From assembly GCA_903789635.1 (NCBI GenBank), contig CAIFEY010000012.1:138-64137 (forward strand): a DNA stretch of 64,000 nucleotides. The letters are read 5' to 3'. This stretch comes from an uncultured Eubacteriaceae bacterium. GTDB lineage: Bacteria > Bacillota > Clostridia > Peptostreptococcales > Anaerovoracaceae. The notes beneath the pieces were generated by a model. It saw only the letters and a list, made by a program, of their open reading frames with translations, searched no databases and was not told the DNA's origin. Below are positions 49,098 to 59,876 of the stretch, piece after piece (positions within the stretch are counted from its first letter, which is position 1; each line of letters opens with the position of its first letter). A program made the position numbers and the translations under genes.

Positions 49098-50423
49098 CTA
49101 CTGATCCTTCTCTCTCTTCTCACGGAATATAAACTTGATGGACGTGCCCTCGAATCCGAACGTCTCGCGGATCCGGTTCTCCAGGTAACGGTTGTAGGAG
49201 AAGTGCACGAGCTTTCTGCTGTTGATCTGGAACATGAACAGAGGCGGCTTGACGCCGACCTGGGCTCCGTAGTAGATCTTAAGATGCTTTCCCTTGTCGG
49301 ACGGGGTCGGCTTCATCATGACCGCGTCGGCGATCAGGCTGTTCAGCTGGCCCGTCGGTACGCGCTGCGCGCGGTTCTCGGCGACGGCCTTGGTCATCGC
49401 CATGACGTTGTGCAGGCGCAGCTTCTCGGTCACGGACGTGAAGATGATCGGCGCGTAGCTGCAAAACTGCAGCTCGGCCTCGACCAGGCGGACGAAGTCG
49501 CGCATCGTGTTCGTCTCCTTCTCGACCAGGTCCCACTTGTTGACGACCAGGACGATGCCCTTTCCGGCCTCGTGAGCGAGTCCGGCGATCTTCTTATCCT
49601 GCTCGGTCACGCCCTCGGTCGCGTCCATCATGACGACGCAGACGTCCGCACGCTCGATCGCGGCGATCGCGCGCACGACGCTGTACTTCTCGACCTCGTC
49701 GTAGACCTTGGAGCGCCGCCTGATTCCGGCGGTGTCGATCAGTGTATACAGGTCGCCCTCCCACTCGAACGGCGTGTCGACAGAGTCCCTCGTCGTTCCG
49801 GCGATCGGGCTGACGATCACGCGGTTGTCCTGGATCAGCGCGTTGATCAGGGACGACTTTCCGACGTTCGGCTTGCCGATGATGGCTACGCCGATGCGGT
49901 CCTCCTCGTCCGTTTCCGCGTCGCTCGGGAAGCTCGCGACGATGTCGTCCAGGACGTCACCGACGTTCAGCTTGTTCGCGGAAGATACCGGGATCGGCTC
50001 TCCGATTCCGAGCGTGTAGAAGTCATAGAAGGACTCCGGCAGGTTGGTCGGGTTGTCGATCTTATTCACGACGAGCAGGACCTTCTTTCCGGTCCTCCTC
50101 AGCATCTGCGCGACCTCCTCGTCCGCCGCCGTCAGGCTTTCCCTTCCGTCGACCATGAAGACGATGACGTCCGCCATATCCATCGCGATCTCCGCCTGCG
50201 CGCGCATCTGCGACAGGATCACGTCCTTGCTCGCAGGCTCGATTCCGCCGGTGTCGATCAGGCCGAAGCTCTTTCCGTTCCACTCCGCCTCCGCGTAAAT
50301 ACGGTCTCTCGTCACGCCCGGCGTGTCCTCTACGATGGACATCCTCTGGCCGACAAGCATGTTAAAAAATGTGGATTTTCCCACGTTCGGCCGTCCAACG
50401 ACCGCTACAATCGGTTTACTCAT
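49098..50423 (-). CDS. der: Ribosome biogenesis GTPase Der (EngA)
   Basis: Two tandem GTPase domains (GRPNVGKST and GKPNVGKSS) plus a KH-like C-terminus. Confidence 0.96.
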   Translation of the reverse strand: MSKPIVAVVGRPNVGKSTFFNMLVGQRMSIVEDTPGVTRDRIYAEAEWNGKSFGLIDTGGIEPASKDVILSQMRAQAEIAMDMADVIVFMVDGRESLTAADEEVAQMLRRTGKKVLLVVNKIDNPTNLPESFYDFYTLGIGEPIPVSSANKLNVGDVLDDIVASFPSDAETDEEDRIGVAIIGKPNVGKSSLINALIQDNRVIVSPIAGTTRDSVDTPFEWEGDLYTLIDTAGIRRRSKVYDEVEKYSVVRAIAAIERADVCVVMMDATEGVTEQDKKIAGLAHEAGKGIVLVVNKWDLVEKETNTMRDFVRLVEAELQFCSYAPIIFTSVTEKLRLHNVMAMTKAVAENRAQRVPTGQLNSLIADAVMMKPTPSDKGKHLKIYYGAQVGVKPPLFMFQINSRKLVHFSYNRYLENRIRETFGFEGTSIKFIFREKREKDQ

Positions 50424-51315
50424 CGAAAATCCCCCTTGCGAATTCCAGCGGCTCGAACTGCTCCAGGTCGTCGATTCCCTCGCCGACGCCGATGTACTTG
50501 ATCGGCATGTCGAACTCGTCGGCGATCGTGATCGCGATTCCGCCCTTGGCGGTTCCGTCCAGCTTGGTAATGACGATTCCAGTCAGCGGCGCGACCTCGT
50601 TGAACTCCTTGGTCTGGGAGACCGCGTTCTTGCCGTTCGTCGCGTCAACGATCAGCAGCGTCTCCCTGTCCGCGTCCGGATATTCCCTGTCGATGACCTT
50701 GTTCATCTTCTGAAGCTCGGTCATCAGATTCTTCTTATTCTGCAGGCGTCCCGCCGTGTCGCAGATCAGGACGTCGATGTTCTTCGCCTTTGCCGACTGG
50801 ATCGCGTCGAACAGAACGGCGCTCGGGTCCGCGCCCTCTTCATGGTGCACGGTGTTGCTGCCGATCCGGTCTCCCCAGATCGTCAGCTGCTCCGCCGCAG
50901 CCGCACGGAACGTGTCCGCGGCCGCGAACATCACGGTCCTGCCCTCATTCTTCAGGCGGTTTCCGAGCTTGGCGATCGTCGTCGTCTTTCCGCCGCCGTT
51001 GATGCCGATCATCATGATGACGAGCGGCGACTTATCGCTGAGCTTGAGGCGGTCTCCCTTATCCATCAGCTCGGCGATGATCTCGGTCAGCTTCTTCTTT
51101 ACCCTGTCCGGGGCCTGGATGTAATCTTTCTTGATGTGCATGCGGAGCTTCTCCATGATCTTCTCCGTCGTCTCCATGCCGATGTCGGAGGTGATCAGAA
51201 CTTCCTCGAGCTCGTCCATCATCTCCTCGTCGACCGTGTTATGCATCATAATGACGTCGCCGATGCGCTCCGCCATGCGTCCGAAAAATCCCTTTTTCTT
51301 CTGTAAAATTGCCAT
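50416..51315 (-). CDS. ftsY: Signal recognition particle receptor FtsY (short, NG-domain form)
   Basis: 299 aa. Contains GINGGGKTTTIAKL, DTAGRL and TKLDGTAKGG. Confidence 0.95.
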   Translation of the reverse strand: MAILQKKKGFFGRMAERIGDVIMMHNTVDEEMMDELEEVLITSDIGMETTEKIMEKLRMHIKKDYIQAPDRVKKKLTEIIAELMDKGDRLKLSDKSPLVIMMIGINGGGKTTTIAKLGNRLKNEGRTVMFAAADTFRAAAAEQLTIWGDRIGSNTVHHEEGADPSAVLFDAIQSAKAKNIDVLICDTAGRLQNKKNLMTELQKMNKVIDREYPDADRETLLIVDATNGKNAVSQTKEFNEVAPLTGIVITKLDGTAKGGIAITIADEFDMPIKYIGVGEGIDDLEQFEPLEFARGIFDE

Positions 51316-51338
51316 ATAGTCTGGTTACTCCTTGTTTC

Positions 51339-54300
51339 TTATTCGGTATACAGGCTCGGGTCGTACTCGCCGAGCTTCAGGCTGATCACCTTGGATACGC
51401 CTTCTTCCGCCATCGTCACGCCGTACAGGGCGTCCGCGTGTTCCATCGTCGCCTTCTGGTGCGTGATCAGCGCGAACTGCGTCTGGTCGAAGTGCTTCAG
51501 GTACTCGGCAAAGCGTGCGATGTTCGCCTCGTCCAGAGCGGCCTCTACCTCGTCCAGGATGCAGAACGGGGTCGGCTTGACGCAGAGGACCGCGAACATC
51601 AGGGCGAGCGCAGTCATCGTCTTCTCTCCTCCGGAGAGCAGGTTGATATTCTGCAGCTTCTTGCCCGGCGGTCTCGAGATGATCTGGATGCCCGACTCCA
51701 TCGGGTGCTTCTCGTCCTCCAGGATCAGCTCCGCATCGCCTCCGCCGAAGAGTTCCTTGAACACCCTCGTGAAGTTCTTCTGGATCGCCTGGAAATTGCT
51801 GGTAAACTTACGGATGATCTTGTGGTCCATGTCCTCGATGATCATCTCCAGCTCGGTCGCCGCACTCTGCACGTCGCTCTGCTGGTCGGTCAGGAACTTG
51901 TAGCGTTCACTCACCTTCTCGTATTCATCGATCGAGCCGATGTTGACGTCGCCCAGTTTCCGGATCTGGTCACGCAGCTCGTTCGTCCTCTTGACGGCGC
52001 CGTTCAGGACGAATCCTTCCCACTTCAGGTCCAGCGCCTGGGCGTAGGACAGCTCGAAGTCGTCGAACAGCCGGTCCTTCAGGTGCTCCAGCTGCGTCTC
52101 GTTCTTTGCCGCCTTGACCTCCAGCTGGTACTTCTCGTCGCGGTAGGCCGCGCTCTCCTTCCTGAGCTGGTTCTTCTGCTCCTCCAGGCGTTCCTTCTGG
52201 CGCAGAAGCTCCTTTCTCTCGTCCCGGCTCTGATCGATCAGCTGCTCGGCGGTCTGCTTCTCCTGCTGCAGGCGGATCAGCACCGCGTCGTCGTCCGATG
52301 CCCCGTAGGACATGTGATTCTTCTCCCGGGCGATCTTGTCGGCCTGCGCCTCCTTCTCCTGCTGCTCGCGGATCAGGGTGTTCAGCTCGCGCTCGCTCCT
52401 GGATGCCAGCGACTTGGCGGATTCCAGCTTGGCGTTCCAGCGGTCGCACTCGATCCTCTGCTGCGTGACCTCGTCTCTGGCCAGCTGCAGGGCGTTCTCC
52501 TGCGCCTCGTCCTCCGCCTTGACCTTCTCCATCTCGTGCTCGAGCTGGACGATCTGCTGATCGGCTTCCTTGCTCTCGTTCAGGAGGTTCCTGGACATCT
52601 CGTCGGACTCCCTGAGCTCGCGCTCGGCGTCTCTTCCCTCCTGATCGTTCTTCTTCATCTGCTCGTCCGCCTTGCGGATCTCCTCCTCGATCGACTTGAG
52701 TCTCGGGGTGACCGCGGTCAGGCGGATGTCGTTCTCCCTCTGCGCCTCGCGGATCTGGCGGATCTGCGAATCGACCGTCTTCAGTGAGTGCTCGATCGAC
52801 TCGCCGCTGTTCTTCAGGCGGCTCATCTCGTCCTGATCCTGCTCGATGTCGTTCTGCAGGCGGGCGATCTCGTTCTTCCTTCCGACGACGTTCGCCGTGT
52901 TCCTTCTGCTGATTCCGCCGGTGATCGCTCCGCTCGGGTTGATGACCTCTCCGTCAAGCGTGACGAAGCGGAGCCCCGTGCCCTTGATCTTGGAGAGGCG
53001 GATCGCCGCGTCGAGGTTGTCCACGATCGCGACCCTGCCGAGCAGGTAGCGGAAGATGCTGCGGTAACGCTCCTTGAATTTTACGAGGTCGACGGCGAGT
53101 CCCATGAAGCCCGCGTCCAGGGAGATCCTCTCCGGAACCTGTGCGCTCCTGCCCTCGATCGTCGATACCGGAAGGAACGTCAGCCTTCCCGATTTATTGT
53201 GCTTCAGGGCGTTGATCGCGCGCTTGGCGCACTCGTCGTCCCGGATGATGATATTCTGTCTCGCTCCGCCTAACGCCGTCTCGATCGCGGTCTCCATCCC
53301 GTTTGGAACGTCGATCATGTCCCCCGCGACGCCCTCGACGCCGATCAGGCCGGACTGCATGATGTAGCGAACCGCGTAGTTGTAGCCCTCGTAGTTGTGC
53401 TCCATCTCCTCGATCGTCTTCTGGCGGGTCGTCATCTCGCTGATTCTGATCTGCAGGCGGTTCAGCTGGTTCTGGAGGTCGGTCCTCTGCTGGAGCAGGT
53501 CCGTGCGCTGCTTCTCCGCCTCGCCGAACTCCTTCTCCAGGCGCTGCTTCTCATTCTGAGCGTAGCGCTCGCTGGTCGCGATCTCCTTCTGCTTGTTCTC
53601 GTACATCTCCTTGGTGCTGCGCAGGAGCTCGGACTGGCTGTCCAGTTCGCGGCGGCGCTTCTCCAGCGTCCCCTTGTAGCTCTCGACGCTCTGCGCCTCG
53701 CTCTTCTTGGACGCCGACGTGCTGTGCAGCTCGTAGAGCTGGTTCGTCAGGTCGGAGAGGCTCGGGCCCCTCCTCTTCTTCCTGGACAGCTGATCCAGGG
53801 CGTTCTTCTTCTCGTCCAGCGCGTTCATCGCGACACGGGCCCTCGCGTTGACCTCGGAGACCTTGCTCCTTCCGTCCTCGGCCTCGGCGCGCATCTCGTC
53901 CACGCGGCGGTTGAGCAGGCTCAGCTCGTCCTGAACCCGCTTCTCTTCCTTGATCATGTTCTGCTGGCGCTCGCGCTTCAGCTGACGCTCGCGCTCAAAG
54001 TTTCCGATCGACTCGACGATCTCCGGAATCTTCTTATGCGCAGACTCCTCCTGGCGGATCAGGCGGTTCTCCTTATTCTCGATGGCGAGCGCGTCGGTGT
54101 TGATCTTCTTCAGGTTGTCTTCCGTGAAATTGATCTTGCCGGCCAGGTCGGACGTCTCTGTCTTATACTGCTCGGCGTGCTCCATGTCGTCCTTGATGTT
54201 CTTCAGGATGATGTTGACGGACAGTTCCCGGTACTGCTTCTTCAGCTCCTGGTACTGCCTGGCCTTCTGGCTCTCCGTCCGCAGGGTCGTGATCCTTCCC

Positions 54301-54896
54301 TCGAGCTCCTTGACGATGTCGTCGATCCTGTCCAGGTTGATCTTGGTCTCCTCAAGTTTCTTCTCGGCCTCCGCCTTCTTGGACTTATACGCGACGATTC
54401 CTGCAGACTCCTCAAAGATCTGGCGCCTGCTGGCCGGCTTGTCGCTGATGATGTCCGCGATCTTGCCCTGCCCGATGATGGAGTAGCCGTCTACGCCGAT
54501 GCCGGTGTCGACGAACAGCGCGCGGATATCCTTCAGCCTGCAAGCGTGGTTGTTGATGAGATACTCGCTCTCACCGCTCCTGAACATCCTCCTCGTGACC
54601 GCGACCTCGCTGAAGTCGACGTTCAGGGAGCCGTCCGTGTTGTCGATGACCAGGGAGACCTCGGCCATCCCCTTAGGACGCCTGCTCTCGGTGCCGTTGA
54701 AGATGACCTCTTCCATCTTGCCGCCGCGAAGCTCCTTGGCGCTCTGCTCGCCCAGGACCCAGCGGATCGCGTCGCTGATGTTGCTCTTTCCGCTTCCGTT
54801 CGGCCCGACGATCGCCGTGACCCCCTCGTTGAAGTCGATCACTGACGGATCGGCGAACGACTTGAATCCGTGTATTTCCAGTCTTTTAAAGTACAT
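51339..54896 (-). CDS. smc: Chromosome segregation protein SMC
   Basis: 1185 aa. N-terminal Walker A GPNGSGKSN, long coiled coils, a hinge, and the C-terminal signature LSGGEKT with Walker B CILDEVEAALD. Confidence 0.97.
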   Translation of the reverse strand: MYFKRLEIHGFKSFADPSVIDFNEGVTAIVGPNGSGKSNISDAIRWVLGEQSAKELRGGKMEEVIFNGTESRRPKGMAEVSLVIDNTDGSLNVDFSEVAVTRRMFRSGESEYLINNHACRLKDIRALFVDTGIGVDGYSIIGQGKIADIISDKPASRRQIFEESAGIVAYKSKKAEAEKKLEETKINLDRIDDIVKELEGRITTLRTESQKARQYQELKKQYRELSVNIILKNIKDDMEHAEQYKTETSDLAGKINFTEDNLKKINTDALAIENKENRLIRQEESAHKKIPEIVESIGNFERERQLKRERQQNMIKEEKRVQDELSLLNRRVDEMRAEAEDGRSKVSEVNARARVAMNALDEKKNALDQLSRKKRRGPSLSDLTNQLYELHSTSASKKSEAQSVESYKGTLEKRRRELDSQSELLRSTKEMYENKQKEIATSERYAQNEKQRLEKEFGEAEKQRTDLLQQRTDLQNQLNRLQIRISEMTTRQKTIEEMEHNYEGYNYAVRYIMQSGLIGVEGVAGDMIDVPNGMETAIETALGGARQNIIIRDDECAKRAINALKHNKSGRLTFLPVSTIEGRSAQVPERISLDAGFMGLAVDLVKFKERYRSIFRYLLGRVAIVDNLDAAIRLSKIKGTGLRFVTLDGEVINPSGAITGGISRRNTANVVGRKNEIARLQNDIEQDQDEMSRLKNSGESIEHSLKTVDSQIRQIREAQRENDIRLTAVTPRLKSIEEEIRKADEQMKKNDQEGRDAERELRESDEMSRNLLNESKEADQQIVQLEHEMEKVKAEDEAQENALQLARDEVTQQRIECDRWNAKLESAKSLASRSERELNTLIREQQEKEAQADKIAREKNHMSYGASDDDAVLIRLQQEKQTAEQLIDQSRDERKELLRQKERLEEQKNQLRKESAAYRDEKYQLEVKAAKNETQLEHLKDRLFDDFELSYAQALDLKWEGFVLNGAVKRTNELRDQIRKLGDVNIGSIDEYEKVSERYKFLTDQQSDVQSAATELEMIIEDMDHKIIRKFTSNFQAIQKNFTRVFKELFGGGDAELILEDEKHPMESGIQIISRPPGKKLQNINLLSGGEKTMTALALMFAVLCVKPTPFCILDEVEAALDEANIARFAEYLKHFDQTQFALITHQKATMEHADALYGVTMAEEGVSKVISLKLGEYDPSLYTE

Positions 54897-55602
54897 TGTA
54901 TACGTAACCCTCCTCGAGAGACGCCTTCGCGGCGTTCTGCTCGGCTTCCTTCTTGCTCTTCCCGCTTCCGGAGCCCATCTTCTGCCCGTTGCAGATCATA
55001 TGGACGTAGAACGTCTTATCGTGGTCCGGTCCGGTCTCGCGGTCCAGGACATAACGAATCTCCGGCGCGGTTCCGCTCTTCTGCAGGATCTCCTGAACCT
55101 GCGTCTTATAGTCCGCATAGAGCTTTCCGGCGAGTGCCAGATCGATCAGCGGGCGGAACTGCCGGAGGACGAATTCCTTAACCTGCTCGTAGTCGCTGTC
55201 CAGGAAGATCGAGGCGATCACGGCCTCCACCGCGTCCGCGATAATGGACTCGCGGTTTCTGCCGCCCGACATCTCCTCTCCCTTTCCCAGATACAGGTAT
55301 GCACCGATATTCAGATTTCTTCCAACTTCTGCCAGTGCTTTTTCGCATACCACCAGGGCCCTGAGCTTGGTCAGCTTTCCCTCATTCGAGTGGTCGAGCC
55401 GCGTAAACAGCTCGGTCCCGATAATGGCATCCAAAAAGGCATCGCCCAGAAATTCCAGCCGTTCGTTGCATTTCATCGGCGGGTAATGGTGTTCCTTGCA
55501 GTACGAACTGTGTGTGAGCGCGCGCTGCAGCAGTTGTATGTCCTTGTAATGGTACTGCAGTACCTCTTCAAACTCTTGCTCGTTCAACTTTTGCCTCCGC
55601 AA
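54886..55602 (-). CDS. rnc: Ribonuclease III
   Basis: 238 aa. The RNase III signature NERLEFLGDA and a C-terminal dsRBD. Confidence 0.95.
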   Translation of the reverse strand: MRRQKLNEQEFEEVLQYHYKDIQLLQRALTHSSYCKEHHYPPMKCNERLEFLGDAFLDAIIGTELFTRLDHSNEGKLTKLRALVVCEKALAEVGRNLNIGAYLYLGKGEEMSGGRNRESIIADAVEAVIASIFLDSDYEQVKEFVLRQFRPLIDLALAGKLYADYKTQVQEILQKSGTAPEIRYVLDRETGPDHDKTFYVHMICNGQKMGSGSGKSKKEAEQNAAKASLEEGYVYNVL

Positions 55603-55647
55603 TAACAGACTTCCGGCCGGCAGATGCCGGCCGGCCTGTCTCGTATT

Positions 55648-56721
55648 CTATTCTTCTTCCTTCTTCTGTTCGGACTGCTCTTCCTGCTCGGCGCTCTTCT
55701 CCTCGTCGCGCAGCGTCCTGGCACGGTTTCCCAGAGCCTCGGCGATCGTCTCGACCACGCCCTCCTCTACGTAAGGCACGGCCTTCATGATCGTCTGCTG
55801 GACGGCCAGCGCATCGGAGGATCCGTGCATCTTCAGCAGCGCCTTATTCAGGCCCAGGACCGGCGCACCGCCGTACTCCTTATAGTCGAGCTGGCGCTTC
55901 AGGTCGGACAGCTGGTCCTTCATCATCAGGGCCGCAAGCTTGGTCTTAGGGCTCGTCATGAACATATCCTTAGCCAGGCGCAGGACCGTGAGGCCGATGC
56001 CCTCCGACAGCTTGATGCAGGCGTTTCCGGTAAATCCGTCCGTGACGATGACGTCACAGACCGCGCTCTGCAGCTCCCTCGTCTCGATATTGCCGATGAA
56101 ATTCAGATCGCTGCGTTCGAGCAGGGCGTAGGCGTCCTTGGTCAGGGTCGTGCCCTTCTCCTTCTCCGTGCCCAGGTTGACCAGGCCAACGGTCGGGTTA
56201 GGACGGTTCATGACCTTCTCCATGTAGATGCTGCCCATCACCGCGAACTCGAACAGGTTCCTCGCGCGGCACTCCGCGTTTGCGCCCGCGTCCGTAATGA
56301 GCGAAGGCGGGAGCCCGCCCAGCACCGGGTAGACCGCGGCCAGTGTCGGCCGGTCGATGCCCTTCACGCGTCCTAAGATCAGCAGTCCTCCTGCGAGGAG
56401 CGCGCCCGTGCTTCCGGCGGAGATGAACACGTCTCCCTCGCCGTGCTTCACCAGATTCAGGCCCTTCACGATGGAAGACTCCTTCTTGCTGCGCACAGCC
56501 ATGACCGGCGCCTCTTCATTGGTGATGACATCCGGCGCGTCGCAGATCGTGATCCTCTTTCCGTGATAGCCGTATTTCCTGAGTTTTTCGCGAATCAGTG
56601 CCTCCGGACCGGTGATGCAGATTTCATCACTTTCCTTCAGCATGGCGATGGCCTGCACTGCGCCTTCGATAATGGCGTCAGGTGCGTGGTCGCCGCCCAT
56701 TCCATCTAGTATTATCTTCAT
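55648..56721 (-). CDS. plsX: Phosphate acyltransferase PlsX
   Basis: The N-terminus MKIILDGMGGDHAP. Typical length, plus an acidic/lysine-rich tail. Confidence 0.95.
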   Translation of the reverse strand: MKIILDGMGGDHAPDAIIEGAVQAIAMLKESDEICITGPEALIREKLRKYGYHGKRITICDAPDVITNEEAPVMAVRSKKESSIVKGLNLVKHGEGDVFISAGSTGALLAGGLLILGRVKGIDRPTLAAVYPVLGGLPPSLITDAGANAECRARNLFEFAVMGSIYMEKVMNRPNPTVGLVNLGTEKEKGTTLTKDAYALLERSDLNFIGNIETRELQSAVCDVIVTDGFTGNACIKLSEGIGLTVLRLAKDMFMTSPKTKLAALMMKDQLSDLKRQLDYKEYGGAPVLGLNKALLKMHGSSDALAVQQTIMKAVPYVEEGVVETIAEALGNRARTLRDEEKSAEQEEQSEQKKEEE

Positions 56722-56846
56722 ATGTGCTTATTCCTTTAAAAATACATTAACTTCCTGCAGCAGTCAAAGTCAATCGATAAGGTGCTTTTACTTTGCCCTG
56801 CGGATCGTCCCGCCAGGCCCTTATCATTCTGCTGCCGCCGCGGAGA

Positions 56847-58097
56847 CTACTCCGCCTTTGCCTGGTCGAGCTGCTTGACGACCTCGTCGATTCTCCTCGC
56901 GGTCCTGCGGAAGTCTTCCTCCTTGAAGCCGCGGGTCGTCATCGGAGCCGTTCCGACACGGACGCCGCTCGTCTGCTTCGGTGACCGCTTCTCGCCCGGA
57001 ACCGCGTTCTTATTCAGCGTAATCCCGACCTCGTCCAGCGCGTCCTGCAGCTCCTTGCCGGAGAACACGTGGTCGGAGAGGTCGATCAGGAACAGGTGGT
57101 TGTCCGTTCCTCCGGTCACGATCTTATACCCCATCTTCAGGAATTCATCGCAGAATGCCTTGCAGTTGACGACAACCTGGTGGATGTACTCCTTGTATTC
57201 CGGGGTCTGTGCCTCCTCCGCGCAGATCGCCTTGCCGGCAATGATGTGCATCAGCGGGCCGCCCTGTGCGTACGGGAATACCGCGCTGTCGACCTTCTTG
57301 GCCAGATCCTTCCGGCAGAAGATCATGCCGCCGCGCGGTCCCCTCAGGGTCTTATGCGTCGTCGTCGTGATGATGTCCGCGTAGCCGAACGGTGTCGGAT
57401 GCTCGCCCGCAGCGATCAGTCCCGCGATGTGCGCCATGTCGACCATGAAGTACGCGCCGTATTCCTTAGCGATCTCGGAGAACGCCTTGAAATCGATGAT
57501 TCTGGAGTATGCGCTCGCGCCGGCCAGGATCAGGTCCGGGCGGTACTGGCGCGCCTTCTTCTTCACGTCCTCCATGTCGATCACGCCGTTCTCGTCGACA
57601 TCGTAGAATACGCAGTTGTACAGCTTGCCGCTGAAGTTGACCGATGACCCGTGCGACAGGTGACCGCCGTTGTCCAGGCTCATCGCCAGGATCGTGTCGC
57701 CCGGCTTCAGAATCGCCTTATACGCGGCAAAGTTCGCCTGCGATCCGCTGTGCGGCTGAACGTTGACGTGGTAGTCCGTGTGGAAGACCTTGCGCCACTC
57801 GTTGCAGCAGTACTCCTCCAGCTCATCCACGTACTTGGTTCCGCCGTAGTATCTCGACTCGTTTCCTGAATAGCGGTTCGTCGGATAACCCTCCGCGTAT
57901 TTCCACGAGAGGCAGCTTCCGCATGCCGCCAGAATCGCCTCCGAGCAGTAGTTCTCCGACGCGATCAGCTCGATGTTTCTCTGCTGACGCTCGTACTCCT
58001 CGCGGATCAGTTCGCCGACCTTAGGGGATGACTTCTCGATAAAGGTGTAATTATCTACGTTATACGTGCTGTTGTCCTGTCCGTTTCTGTCAAACAT
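56847..58097 (-). CDS. glyA: Serine hydroxymethyltransferase
   Basis: IELIASENY and the PLP site TTTTHKTLRGPRGG. Start at MFDRNG, with GGAGGA upstream. Confidence 0.96.
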   Translation of the reverse strand: MFDRNGQDNSTYNVDNYTFIEKSSPKVGELIREEYERQQRNIELIASENYCSEAILAACGSCLSWKYAEGYPTNRYSGNESRYYGGTKYVDELEEYCCNEWRKVFHTDYHVNVQPHSGSQANFAAYKAILKPGDTILAMSLDNGGHLSHGSSVNFSGKLYNCVFYDVDENGVIDMEDVKKKARQYRPDLILAGASAYSRIIDFKAFSEIAKEYGAYFMVDMAHIAGLIAAGEHPTPFGYADIITTTTHKTLRGPRGGMIFCRKDLAKKVDSAVFPYAQGGPLMHIIAGKAICAEEAQTPEYKEYIHQVVVNCKAFCDEFLKMGYKIVTGGTDNHLFLIDLSDHVFSGKELQDALDEVGITLNKNAVPGEKRSPKQTSGVRVGTAPMTTRGFKEEDFRRTARRIDEVVKQLDQAKAE

Positions 58098-58233
58098 ATT
58101 GTCCTCCGTTTCCCAGTAAAACCAACAAAAATTAACCCCTCGCGTTCTCTCACATGCCCTGCGCATATGTATAATTATTATACCATAAACAAGGCATGGG
58201 TTCTACTATGCGGACAAAGACCCAGGGCGCCGC

Positions 58234-58860
58234 CTACGCGCCGCCTCCCGGCCTGTCATCCTCATGGGACCTGCCGTCATCCGTATGCTTCGGATTCATC
58301 GCATCCGTCGCATTCGTCACGTTTTTCCCATTCGTCATGTTCGTCATCTGCATCGCATTCGTCCCGTCCTTCTTTTTCTCTCGCTCCTTCTGCTTCAGCC
58401 GCTTCTTATGCTTGCGGTAGCGCGCGGCGAACACAAAGTAACGGCGGAAGATGCTGACGACGATGAACCCGAGCGCAATCGCCATCGCGACCGCGATCAC
58501 CTGGAACAGATTGTACGCCGCCTGCGTGAAGTTCTCCTGTACGGCGTTGTACATGCAGTTGTAGAGGCTGGCTCCCGGAACCAAAGGGAACGCGCCGGAG
58601 GTCAGGAAGATTGTCGACGGCGCGCGCAGTGTCCGGGCCATGATCTCCGCGAACGTGGCGACGAACACCGCCGCCGTGAACGTCGCGATCAGATTGCTCC
58701 CCGTCAGGTCGTGCACGATGATGTCGACCGCCCAGGTCAGGAACGCGCCGACGCCGTTCGCGACGAACTGCCGCCCCTTGCTGTTGTACCAGAAGCAGAC
58801 GCCGAGGCAGCCGATCGTGCATGAGATCAGCTGTGCCGCAATGCTGGAATTCACTGTCAT
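58234..58860 (-). CDS. Threonine/serine exporter family protein (ThrE C-terminal/YjjB-like) with charged C-terminal extension
   Basis: Four or five TM helices, with GAFPLVPG typical of this family. Immediately follows its partner gene. Confidence 0.75.
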   Translation of the reverse strand: MTVNSSIAAQLISCTIGCLGVCFWYNSKGRQFVANGVGAFLTWAVDIIVHDLTGSNLIATFTAAVFVATFAEIMARTLRAPSTIFLTSGAFPLVPGASLYNCMYNAVQENFTQAAYNLFQVIAVAMAIALGFIVVSIFRRYFVFAARYRKHKKRLKQKEREKKKDGTNAMQMTNMTNGKNVTNATDAMNPKHTDDGRSHEDDRPGGGA

Positions 58861-58861
58861 A

Positions 58862-59617
58862 TCAAACCCTCCTGAAAAGCATCATCGCGAGCATGATCCC
58901 GCAGGCGATCGCGGCCGCGCCTAGGCAGGCGTTCGTCACGCGCAGGAACCCGGACATGATGTCTCTGTGCAGCACGTCGCGGATGCCGTTCGTCACGCCG
59001 AGGCCGCTGATCAGGAGCATGATGCAGCCGATCGTGACCGCCGAAGAATGCGTCCCGAGCCCGAGCCGCGTGAGCGACGCCGACAGGAACCCGATCAGAA
59101 ACGACAGCACAAAGTCCTTGATGAACCCGTTGTCCTCGAGCCTCTGCAGCATCCGGCTGACCGCCATGACGATCAGCGCGACCGCCCCGGCCGCCGCCGC
59201 GTCCAGCATCGTCCCGCCGTAGAACACGCAGAACCCCGCACCGATCAGCAGCGCCCCGATGTAGAATTTCCACTTTCCCGTCGATTCCCGGCTCATGACG
59301 TCCTGGAACTTCACGGCGAGGTCCTCCTCGCTCGGACGGTTCCTGACCACGTAGCGCGAGAGGTCGTTCAGGTAGTCCAGCTTGTCGAAGTCGTTCGCCC
59401 CCGCGCGCACGTTCCGGATCTGCGTCGTCATCTTCCCGTTCTGCCACTGCACCGTCGCCATGATGCAGCTCGTCAGCACGAACAGGTCGCACGACCTCGC
59501 GTTATACGCCCGGCACATGCGCTTGATGCTGTCCTCGCACCGGCTTACCTCCGCGCCGCACTCCAGCATCGCCTGGCCGACGTCGATGATTTCCTTCAGT
59601 ATGATCTCTTCATTCAT
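58862..59617 (-). CDS. Threonine/serine exporter family protein (ThrE N-terminal/YjjP-like, DUF1212)
   Basis: The AGAEVSRCEDSI-type motif (CGAEVSRCEDSIKRM) is a DUF1212 hallmark. Start trimmed to MNEEIIL (TGAGGA upstream). Confidence 0.8.
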   Translation of the reverse strand: MNEEIILKEIIDVGQAMLECGAEVSRCEDSIKRMCRAYNARSCDLFVLTSCIMATVQWQNGKMTTQIRNVRAGANDFDKLDYLNDLSRYVVRNRPSEEDLAVKFQDVMSRESTGKWKFYIGALLIGAGFCVFYGGTMLDAAAAGAVALIVMAVSRMLQRLEDNGFIKDFVLSFLIGFLSASLTRLGLGTHSSAVTIGCIMLLISGLGVTNGIRDVLHRDIMSGFLRVTNACLGAAAIACGIMLAMMLFRRV

Positions 59618-59876
59618 AGTGTCCTCAATTCCCCGGATTGTTCTTTCCGCGCATTTTCGACAAAGCCCCCGCCCGCCGCAGACCACCCGGACTGATGCAC
59701 AGCCCGCGCTGCCGCGGAGATTTTTCACGCGCGGCCGGGCGGGTGTATACATTATCCATCCGTACCGATGGTACGGCGTGCAGGCAGTGACTTTGTCACA
59801 GCGGAAACCGGAAAAAAACAGCCCGACAGAACCGGGAAAGCCGCGCCTCCCCTGTTCCGCCAGGCCAGATGTTATG